Source: Candidatus Iainarchaeum sp.
GTDB taxonomy: Archaea > Iainarchaeota > Iainarchaeia > Iainarchaeales > GCA-2688035
DNA: 20,467 nt
NCBI GenBank assembly: GCA_017610175.1
Contig: JAFCCO010000020.1
Location: 1-20,467 of the forward strand
Direction of reading: 5' to 3'
Both the position numbers and the translations under genes were made by a program. Position 1 is the first letter of the stretch; each line of letters starts with the position of its first letter. This document shows positions 1 through 8,400 of the stretch, piece by piece. The notes below the pieces were generated by a model that was not told the origin of the DNA, made no database searches, and saw only the letters and a list, made by a program, of their open reading frames with translations.

Positions 1-1136
1 TTCATCTGCTTCTTGATTTTTTCAATCTCGTCCTTTTTGAAGAAGCCGCCGGACTTTGCAACCGGTTTTGGGGCCTGCTTTGGCTTTGGAGCAGGCCTGG
101 GTGTTGGGGTCTGCTTTGGCTTTTCCTCCAAGTCCCTTACAAAGCTTGGAATTTCCGCGCTCCTTAGTTTGGACGGTTGCTTAAGCGATGCCTTTGCCCT
201 GATTGCCTTTTCCGCAAGCTCCTGCTTTTCTGAAGCGCTGTCGCCTACAATGTGTGGCATTTCAAGCTTGAGCTCGGGCTCTTCCTTCGGCCCTTCCTCA
301 AGTTCAATCAATTCCTCTTCCCCTTTCAGCCCTTCCTTTGGAGCAGGCTTTTCGGGCTCTGCAGCCAGCTCTTTCTTCAGCTTTTCAAGCTCTGCATCGC
401 GCTTTTTCCTAGCCTCATCAGAAAGCCCTTTCCCCAAATCGGCCTCAAGCTCTGCCACAAGCTCAAGTTCCTCTTCATCCTGCTTGGGGTAAAGCCCTTT
501 TGGTGCAAACAGGTCCTCTGCATCTTCCTTTTCAATTTCTTTCAGGAAAGCCTTTTCTTCCTCCGGCTCAATCTCTTCCGGCTCGGGTTCCGATTCTGGC
601 TTGGGTTCGGGCGTTGGTTTTGCGGGCTTTTTCTTAATCACAAGCGGCTTTTCCGCAACACCGACGTATTTCACTTTGGCTGGCTGCCTGCGCTTGCGCT
701 TTTTCTCCGCCTTCTTTTTCTCATTCTCTTCCTCAAGCTTTTTCTCCCAGTCCTCTTCTTCTTCTGCCCCGCCTTTCTTTCCCTTCTTTCTGCGGAGCTC
801 GCGCATTAGCTTAACTTTTTCGCTTGTTTTCTTCTCAATCTTTTCCTTTTCCGGCCTTGAAAGGATTGCGGAAACAAGGGACAGGCCAACCGCTATGAAG
901 CTTAGCACAACAAGCACCCAGAAGTAAACAGGAGGAGAATAAATTGGTATTTCAAAGTCCTTGTCCAAGTCCTCAACAGCGGGAAGTTTGCTTTCGGGAC
1001 TGCTTGCCCATGCGTTGTAATCGTAAATCGCAACCGCTGCGGTAACAAGAACTATGACTATTGCTGTAATTGAAAGCATTACCCAAAGCTCAATGTCCTT
1101 TTTCTTTGGGCCCTCATTAACCGGTTTTTTTTGCAT
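1..1136 (-). CDS. Membrane protein (3'-truncated by the window): two N-terminal TM helices and a long Lys/Glu/Pro-rich, probably disordered tail
   Basis: Manual translation from ATG at 1136: MQKKPVNEGPKKKDIELWVMLSITAIVIVLVTAAVAIY...VYFWVLVVLSFIAVGLSLVSAIL...KKPAKPTPEPKPESEPEPEEIEPEEE...; open to base 1. Not in the ORF track; the + strand ORFs here are its antisense shadows. Confidence 0.85.
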   Translation of the reverse strand, partial: MQKKPVNEGPKKKDIELWVMLSITAIVIVLVTAAVAIYDYNAWASSPESKLPAVEDLDKDFEIPIYSPPVYFWVLVVLSFIAVGLSLVSAILSRPEKEKIEKKTSEKVKLMRELRRKKGKKGGAEEEEDWEKKLEEENEKKKAEKKRKRRQPAKVKYVGVAEKPLVIKKKPAKPTPEPKPESEPEPEEIEPEEEKAFLKEIEKEDAEDLFAPKGLYPKQDEEELELVAELEADLGKGLSDEARKKRDAELEKLKKELAAEPEKPAPKEGLKGEEELIELEEGPKEEPELKLEMPHIVGDSASEKQELAEKAIRAKASLKQPSKLRSAEIPSFVRDLEEKPKQTPTPRPAPKPKQAPKPVAKSGGFFKKDEIEKIKKQM

Positions 1137-1189
1137 TGTTTAATGAGAGGCTGTTTGGAAATAAAAAAGTTGTGTTTGGGGCTGAAATT

Positions 1190-1843
1190 TTAGTTGCCGG
1201 CCCATTTGCTTATTTCCTGCAGTGCGGCGATGTCAACATCGATTTCGGCAAGCTTTTTCTCAAGCTCCCCAATCTTTCGGCTGCTCTGCTCGGACCTGAA
1301 ATTCTGCAGCACCTCGGCATACTTTGCAACCTTTTTGTCCTTTGCGTAAACAACGCTTTCGTCCACGGTCTGGGTTAATTGTTTTCTGTAGTCCAAATCG
1401 TTTACAAACATTTTCACCATAGGTTTCCACCTCGGGTCTGACACAAGGTTAACCGGAAGCTTTACCGAATCCGAGTCCTTTCTGTAGTCCGAGTCACTCC
1501 AGTACTTTGCCATGTGCTTCCAGTAAAGGGGCTCCTTCAATTTTTTGACACCGTGGACCGTGAAATAAACCTTTGCCTGCTGAAACTTTTTTTTCCAGCT
1601 CACAAGCCTTTGGTGGTATTGGGCGCGAAGCTCCTGGAGCTCTGTAACCTGGCTTTTGATTCGCAGCTTGCTTGGATACAAAAGTTTTGGAAATGAGCTC
1701 TGCACAGGGGCAACGCTTAAGATTCCGCCTTTGGAAAGGTAGTGCTTTATTGCGTCTATCCTCTCAGAAAACTTGCTTCGGTCTATGCTCTTTGGAAGCT
1801 TCTTTGAAAAATCGTTGTATCTGCTAATTATCTGCCTTGCCAT
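1190..1843 (-). CDS. Hypothetical basic, helical/coiled-coil protein (~217 aa; likely start ATG 1843, alternative TTG 1852)
   Basis: Long ORF; TTATTAA box ~30 nt upstream of ATG 1843; internal duplicated motif WKxMxK...DxDYRK; heptad-like C-terminus. Confidence 0.75.
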   Translation of the reverse strand: MARQIISRYNDFSKKLPKSIDRSKFSERIDAIKHYLSKGGILSVAPVQSSFPKLLYPSKLRIKSQVTELQELRAQYHQRLVSWKKKFQQAKVYFTVHGVKKLKEPLYWKHMAKYWSDSDYRKDSDSVKLPVNLVSDPRWKPMVKMFVNDLDYRKQLTQTVDESVVYAKDKKVAKYAEVLQNFRSEQSSRKIGELEKKLAEIDVDIAALQEISKWAGN

Positions 1844-1903
1844 TGGTGTCAAGAAAAATTGATAGCGAAGGAATTAATAAGGTTTGTGGAAATTCCGAAA
1901 TGA

Positions 1904-1916
1904 AAAAGTATATTAA
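1904..1916 (+). promoter_or_regulatory. BRE/TATA promoter element AAAAGTATATTAA (copy 1)
   Basis: A-rich BRE-like run plus TATA-like box ending 24 nt before ATG 1941 (leaderless spacing); identical 13-mer at 9074-9086 (-) and 12898-12910 (+). Confidence 0.75.
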
Positions 1917-1940
1917 CGGCAAATTCAATAAAGTAGGTTA

Positions 1941-3683
1941 ATGAAAATAAGCTTAATTCTGGCGGCAGTGCTTGTTCTTGCACAGCTTGCTTTTGCGGCT
2001 CCGACAGCGGATGCGGGCGGGCCATACACCTGCGTTCTGGATGCTGGAATGGGAACATGCGGAATGAAGCTTGACGGGGGCAACTCAAGCGATCCTGTGA
2101 CAGGCACATTCACAACACCTGCGGGCTGCACCTCGGACGGAATCGACATAACTTGCCAGTACGGAACAGACAAGATGGATGACGCAAAAGTAGATGCATT
2201 TATGGCCGCAAATACAACCAACTACGGGAGCCAGGAAAGCACTTTTACCTACTGGAATGCGTCTTCAAGGGGGGACATCCTCTTCAAGTTTAACGACACC
2301 TACCCCGAGCTTAATGCATCGCCAAAAATTCAGCTTGCCCTGTACCATAAAGCCTCCTGGGTATACGACGACTCTTACTGGGCGGGGCATCCAAACGAAG
2401 TCAGGTTAAGGGGCTACAAAGTAAGCGAGGGATGGGGCGAAGGCACTGTAACGGCTGCAACGGCCCCCGGCTTTGAAGCTGTTGAAAAAAGCGAACTTGT
2501 CTTATCAAATGCGACGGCTGAAAACAAATGCAATATAGCAATTCTGCCCTGCACTCAAGTCGGGGGATTGCACTGGATATATATGGACATAACAGACATT
2601 TACAGGGAGTGGATTGCAGACCCTGCAACCAACCACGGTATTTTTGTAAGAGATATAGACGGTGATTTTGCAGCACCCTCGGGGGCCGGAGCCGCTTCAG
2701 GCAATCAATTTTTATCGTCAGAATCATTGGACCTATTAAATAGGCCTAAATTAATCTTCAAGGCAGGAATTGAATTTGACTGGTGGATTAGCGACGACAC
2801 CGCCCTCTGTGAAATTGTGGGCGCAACAGACGTCGTAAGCCCAATAATCGGCTGCGGGCAGGAGGGACTGGCAAAAGCAAATGTCAGGGTAACAAACAAT
2901 GCGGGCGAAAGCACTGATGCATTTGCATGGATAACCGTCACAAGCTCAAACAGCCCGCCAACCGCAGACGCCGGTGCGGACAAAACAGTGCTTATTGACA
3001 CCCCAACTGTGCTGGCTGGAACAGCATCAGACCCTGATACGCAAATTTTGACAACAGTATGGGTCTTGAGTGACGGAACGGGAGCATCTGCAGACTGCAC
3101 CGCAGCAGGGGAGGACACGCTGAATTACCAGGTGGAATGCAGTTCGGTCGGAACAAGAACCGCAACTCTTACAGTAACCGACCCGTTTGGGGCAAGCGCT
3201 TCAGACAGCGCGGAGGTAAGTGTTGAAATCGTTTCGGTTGGAAAGTTTCAAATAGTGGGCTTAACTTCAACCAGCAGGACCCCGCAAGCTGATGAAGAGA
3301 TTACCGTGACTGTGAGAATCCTTAACCTCTCAACCACAGGCAGGGACTTTGATTTGGATGTTATTTTCCAGAACCCTGTGTCGGGAGCGCTGGAAATGCC
3401 GACCCAAAACGCAAGCGGAACAATTGCTTCAGGAGCAGAGCAGGCGTTTAACTTTACATACAACAGCGCAAGTGAATTTGCCCCGCTTACAGGAAAGAAT
3501 TTCAAGGTTGTTGCAAATGTTTACGAGAGCTCAAGCGGCTCAATGGACGACTCAGCCACAATGTCAATCACAATCTTTGAAAACCTGGCTCCTGCGCTTG
3601 CAGTTCCCGAAACATCAATTGCAATTGTTGCATTGATTGCATTTGCCGTCCTGCTGATTATTGAACGCAAAGCCAAGAATTAA
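1941..3683 (+). CDS. Secreted surface protein: signal peptide, PKD/REJ-like domain interrupted by a DNRLRE-like domain, second PKD-like domain, Ig/CARDB-like domain, VPE-TM-basic C-terminus
   Basis: Signal peptide MKISLILAAVLVLAQLAFA; PTADAG...SDP motif twice; DNRLRE-like motifs (DAKV...TTNYG, LFKF, WGEGTVT, DITDIYREW...NHGIFV, FLSSE...RPKL); ends AVPETSIAIVALIAFAVLLIIERKAKN. Confidence 0.85.
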   Translation: MKISLILAAVLVLAQLAFAAPTADAGGPYTCVLDAGMGTCGMKLDGGNSSDPVTGTFTTPAGCTSDGIDITCQYGTDKMDDAKVDAFMAANTTNYGSQESTFTYWNASSRGDILFKFNDTYPELNASPKIQLALYHKASWVYDDSYWAGHPNEVRLRGYKVSEGWGEGTVTAATAPGFEAVEKSELVLSNATAENKCNIAILPCTQVGGLHWIYMDITDIYREWIADPATNHGIFVRDIDGDFAAPSGAGAASGNQFLSSESLDLLNRPKLIFKAGIEFDWWISDDTALCEIVGATDVVSPIIGCGQEGLAKANVRVTNNAGESTDAFAWITVTSSNSPPTADAGADKTVLIDTPTVLAGTASDPDTQILTTVWVLSDGTGASADCTAAGEDTLNYQVECSSVGTRTATLTVTDPFGASASDSAEVSVEIVSVGKFQIVGLTSTSRTPQADEEITVTVRILNLSTTGRDFDLDVIFQNPVSGALEMPTQNASGTIASGAEQAFNFTYNSASEFAPLTGKNFKVVANVYESSSGSMDDSATMSITIFENLAPALAVPETSIAIVALIAFAVLLIIERKAKN

Positions 3684-3684
3684 A

Positions 3685-3699
3685 AGGCTTTTTTTGCCT
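3685..3699 (+). terminator. Possible T-rich terminator after the 580-aa gene
   Basis: AGGC-T7-GCCT immediately after the stop codon. Confidence 0.4.
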
Positions 3700-3725
3700 A
3701 ATAAGTTTATTCGGAGGTAATTCAT

Positions 3726-4067
3726 ATGATGCCAGGACTGGGTGGGATGAACCCAAAGCAAATGCAGAAAATAATGAAGCAAATGGGAATCAAGAACGAG
3801 GAGATTCCGGCAAAAAAGGTCATTTTTGAGCTTGAGGGCGGAACAACCCTCGTGATTGACGAGCCAAACGTTACAACCATTGAAATGCAGGGCCAGAAAA
3901 CATACACCGTTACGGGAGAGGCCCGCGAGGAAAAGAAGGGAATTCCTGAAGAAGACATTGAAATGGTCATGAAGCAGGCAAGCGTTGACAAAAAGAAGGC
4001 GGAAGCTGCCCTGAAAAAGAACGATGGAGACATTGCGGAAGCAATACTCGAATTGAAAGGCGAATAA
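3726..4067 (+). CDS. nac: Archaeal nascent polypeptide-associated complex protein
   Basis: GMNPKQMQKIMKQMGI N-terminus, NAC domain, UBA-like C-terminus (EDIEMVMKQA...AEAALKKNDGDIAEAILEL); SD GGAGGT at 3713-3718. Confidence 0.96.
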   Translation: MMPGLGGMNPKQMQKIMKQMGIKNEEIPAKKVIFELEGGTTLVIDEPNVTTIEMQGQKTYTVTGEAREEKKGIPEEDIEMVMKQASVDKKKAEAALKKNDGDIAEAILELKGE

Positions 4068-5405
4068 TTAGCTTTCAATTTCTCTTGCCCTAATCAAAGT
4101 GATTTCGCCGCGTAATATTCTGTAGTCCGCATAAACATTAACCGAATTATCTGGTTGGGGCGGTGAATCACTAAATCCGGTTCCGACGAGTTGAGATTCA
4201 ACAATATAAGTTAGTCCTGTTTCTTCATTGGTGATTTCTGCATCGGTTACTAAGACTTCGCCCGGCTGAATCAATTCAAATTCAAGAGAGCATGCATCAA
4301 TTATTGAGGAAATTTCACCCATTGTGCCTGAAGCGTCTGAACTCAAGAGAACTGCTTCTCCAAACGCGTGCCCGATTGGCTCCTGCAAGGCAGTGCCCTC
4401 AATTTCAAGCTCGTCAAGCTTTGCCAAAATTGACCGCTTGATTGGGGCAAGGTCTGTTCCAACATCAAAGAACAGTCCGGCCCGCAAAAAGCCGCTGTTG
4501 TAAAAGGTCAAATCAGCGGTTAAGGTGTGGAGGAAGTCGTTCAGGTCACTTGCCAACTGGTCTGAAATGTTTTCGTCCTTTACAACAGAAACCTTTGCCT
4601 CAAGGAAAGGCGCTGAAAGGTTGAAGTCGGACACATTTGCAATCGCCCTAATCTCTGACTCGATTGCATCAAGCTGTGCCGTTCCCGAATAATCTGTTTC
4701 AAGGTCAAGCAAGAGGCTTGGCTCAAGTGAAGCAACCTTTGACTCAAGCACAACGCTTCCGTTGACTGGAACTGCTGTTAAGTTCTCTATCTCAAAGGCT
4801 GTGGCACCCACAACATCTGAGCCTACAAAGGTTGCTGTAATGTTTACTAAAATTTCATCACCCGCAATTGTATCTGTTGAAACAACTGCCTCGGCTGCGT
4901 TGTCAATTAGGCTTCCCTCCCTGAAAATGTTTAGATCAGGGTGCGTGAACTCAATGTCCTGCGGAACCGAGATTAAAGCATACGGAAAAATTTCGGCGGT
5001 TTCAAATGATTCAATCAAATAAACAAGTGCGGCAATTTCCCCAATTGAAATGCCTTCATCAAGCTGCACATCCGCAAGGTAATGCATTCCGGCTCCAAGC
5101 TCTGGAATGCTGCCCATGCTGAACCTGCTGTTAATTCGCCTTACATTCCCAAGCGCATAGATTGCGCCGTCAATATCTGTAATGTTCGATTCAGAGGTCT
5201 GCGCAATAAGCATGAATTTTGGAAAAATAAGCTCAACCGTTGCGGGAACGTTTTCAGCATCCATTGAAAGCTGGGTTGGGGCAATGTCCGGCAAAATCGA
5301 ATCAGACGGCTGAATCTGTGGAGGCGTGTATAAGAGAAATGTTCCAAGAATGCTTACAACAAAGAAAACTGAAATAAGCAATGCACCCCATCTGGCTTTT
5401 TCCAT
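4068..5405 (-). CDS. Acidic protein with an N-terminal TM/signal anchor and two internally duplicated halves (start ATG 5405 or TTG 5411)
   Basis: ~445-aa ORF; hydrophobic WGALLISVFFVVSILGTFLLY; D/E-rich, Lys-poor remainder; TTTATATTT box on - strand at 5433-5441; its stop abuts the nac stop (0-nt gap). Confidence 0.8.
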   Translation of the reverse strand: MEKARWGALLISVFFVVSILGTFLLYTPPQIQPSDSILPDIAPTQLSMDAENVPATVELIFPKFMLIAQTSESNITDIDGAIYALGNVRRINSRFSMGSIPELGAGMHYLADVQLDEGISIGEIAALVYLIESFETAEIFPYALISVPQDIEFTHPDLNIFREGSLIDNAAEAVVSTDTIAGDEILVNITATFVGSDVVGATAFEIENLTAVPVNGSVVLESKVASLEPSLLLDLETDYSGTAQLDAIESEIRAIANVSDFNLSAPFLEAKVSVVKDENISDQLASDLNDFLHTLTADLTFYNSGFLRAGLFFDVGTDLAPIKRSILAKLDELEIEGTALQEPIGHAFGEAVLLSSDASGTMGEISSIIDACSLEFELIQPGEVLVTDAEITNEETGLTYIVESQLVGTGFSDSPPQPDNSVNVYADYRILRGEITLIRAREIES

Positions 5406-5438
5406 AAACAAGCAACCCTATTTTTAAAGATTAAATAT

Positions 5439-5465
5439 AAAGCAAGCTTTTAAAGCGCTTGCTTT
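5439..5465. repeat. Perfect 9-bp inverted repeat AAAGCAAGC-N9-GCTTGCTTT (terminator hairpin or operator)
   Basis: Read directly; lies 15 nt downstream of the 1182-aa gene stop and overlaps the BRE/TATA region of the next gene. Confidence 0.6.
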
Positions 5466-5480
5466 GTGAAAGGAATTTGC

Positions 5481-8400
5481 CTAAGTCCTCGCGCGGGCAA
5501 TAAACAGAATTGACAAAAGGAGTAGTGGAACAATAAAGAAGGGAAGTTCCGGAACATCAAAAGATTCGCGAAATGGAATAACGGTAAACCTTACTGATTC
5601 ACTGTCATGCATATTTGGCGGAAGTTCAGTATCCCTAATATCTGCCGCAATTATATAATTGCCGTGGGGAAGGGAATCAATTGAGAACTGTGGCTGGAGC
5701 GTGAAAGCAACGTTTCCACTTGCAGGAATTGTTGTAACCGGCGAAGTGTATGAATCAATCACAGATCGGTCCAATGCATTCAGAAGCCTTACCTCAAGCA
5801 CCCCATCCTTGTCAAACGATTTGGAGTTTGAAACATTTGCAGTGAAAGTTGAGAAAAGACCCCCCTCCTGCAAAAGTTTGCTCTGAACATCAAGCTCTAC
5901 TGAAAGGAATGAGCCTGTTGCAACCGCACAAGTTCCTGCGCCAGTGCAAACCTCTCCAACCGGACAGGTTCCGCAGTCAAAGCAGCCAGAGGGGGACAAT
6001 CCGCAAACACGGAAAACGCAGTCGTTTGGAACAAGCGGGTGAATGCATGAGCCTGCACTGCAAACATCCTGCGTGCATGAGTCCCCGTCGCTTGTGCAGG
6101 CAGTTCCGTCAGGCTTGTTTAAAATGTTGCAGGCTGAAGAAATTGTTCCTGGGTTAGTGCACTGTTCGTTGGTGCAGGGATTTCCATCATCACATTCGGT
6201 ATCATCGTTGCATGAAACAACACTGCAGTTGCCAAACAGGTCACAAAGCTGCCCCGCAGGGCAAGAACCGCAGTTAAAGCACCCGTTTGGCGAGTTTCCG
6301 CAAACCCTTGTTCCGCAGTCGTTTGCAACAGGGTTGTTTCCGCAGGAGGCGCTGAGTGCCCCCGGATTGGAGCAAATGTCTGTTGTGCATGTATCCCCAT
6401 CATCACAGCCTGCATCATTGTTGCATTCAACAATGCAAGCAATACCGCCATCCACACACTGCGGTGCGGGTAAAGAACTGCACTTTTGGCTTATCAGGCA
6501 ATCATTTAGGACTGTTTGGCCCCATGGGCCGGAGCCTGTTGCAGGGCAGTCCGCATCTGAACCAGAACAGATTAAGTCCCTTGATTCCTGCACAACATCG
6601 TCCCCGCAAGCTGCACCCGAGCATACGGTCTGGGTTTCTGTTCCACAAACCGTTCCAACAGGGTTGAAATTGCATCCGTCTGAACAGCATGCACCCAAAG
6701 TGCAATCGCAACAGCTTGCGTCATTTACACACTGTGATTCGGTGTCACAGCCAGATGGGGAAGTTGTCCTTGTTTGCTGGCGCTGGTTTGCGGCACAACT
6801 CCCGATTCCGCATGCGCCGTCAACCCATACACCTGTACTGCATGCAATGCATGACCCGCCAAAACAAAAGGGAAGCAAAGCGCAGGCTGTTGTGTTCCAC
6901 TCAAGGCAGGAGTCTGCATCAAAATTGCCGCATTCCCTGTAGGATGTTGAGAATGGAAATGCGGGAATGCACTCCGTTAAGCCGGATGGAGTGCAATCGT
7001 TTGTGCAGCAACCCGTTGTGTTATAATTGCATGAATCGTCGCAACCAAGTTCACCTCCGCCCAAGCCGCGCGATGCACATGTTTCCCCATTTAAGTTGGA
7101 GCCGTCGCACTGCTCTCCAAGATTGATAAAACCGTTGCCGCAAAGAGTGCAGGCACTTGTGTTGAATACACAGGATGAAGTGCATCCAAGCGTTCCGGCC
7201 CCATAGCCTTGTGACTGGCAGCTTTCACCATTAAGGTTTGAGCCATCGCACTGTTCCCCTGCATCTATATTTCCGTTGCCGCAAACAGGGCAACCAGATG
7301 TTAAGGAGCATGGCACACCTGCGGGGTCCGGGCAGGCTGAAGACGCCGGGCAGGATGAGAAAGGGCATGCACTGCTTGCACACAATGCCGAACCGCCGTA
7401 AGTTGAGGAAGAACACGACTGCGAAGAACCTGATGAACTAAAGGCTATGCGGCAGGGCTTTCCGGTAAATACACAGGATGCACTTCCGCTGGAGCGGGTT
7501 GAAGAACTCCAAGTTCTGCCCGAACCATACACTGAACCACAGCGGGCTGAACCGCCGTAAGTTGAGGAAGAACACGACTGGGCAGAACCAGACGAATTAA
7601 AGGCTGTTGCACAGCAAGCCCCTTTCTTGGCGCATTCTGCGCTTCCGCTGGAGCGGGTTGAACTGCTCCAGGTTGTGCCCGACCCTACACTCAAAGAGCA
7701 AAGGGCTGAACCACCGTAAGTCGAAGAAGAACACGACTGCGAAGAACCAGACGAATTAAAGGCAGTCACACAGCAACGGCCGGACTCACCACACTCAGCA
7801 CTCCCACTCGAACGCACCGAACTGCTCCAAACCTCCCCACCCCCAATTACACCGGAACAAAGAGCGGAACCACCGTAAGTCGAAGAAGAACACGACTGCG
7901 AAGAACCAGACGAATTAAAGGCAGTCACACAGCAACGGCCGGACACACCACACTCAGCACTCCCACTCGAACGCACCGAACTGCTCCAAACCTCGCCGCC
8001 TCCCACAAGTGTTGAGCAAAGGGCGGAACCACCGTAAGTTGAGGAAGAACACGACTGCGAAGAACCAGACGAATTAAAGGCATCCTTGCAGCAACGGCCG
8101 GACACACCACACTCAGCACTCCCACTCGAACGCACCGAACTGCTCCAAACCTCCCCACCCCCAATTACACTGGAACAAAGAGCGGAACCACCGTAAGTTG
8201 AGGAAGAACACGACTGCGAAGAACCAGACGAATTAAAGGCTGATTTGCAGCAACCGCCAGACTCACCACATTCGGCATCCCCACTGGAGCGCGTTGAAGT
8301 GCTCCAGCTTTTCCCAAAACCCACTGATGCAGAGCAAAGCGCGGAACCACCGTAAGTGGTGGAAGAACACGACTGGGCAGAACCAGACGAATTAAAAGCC

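Noticed and set aside
13-927. Plus-strand ORFs 13..492, 252..809, 601..927
   Set aside because: F/S/L-rich antisense shadows of the K/E-rich minus-strand CDS 1..1136.
6043-6942. 299-aa plus-strand ORF and other ORFs nested in the 1182-aa gene (including 8165..8800)
   Set aside because: Antisense or alternative-frame artefacts of Cys/Gly/Ser-rich repetitive coding sequence.
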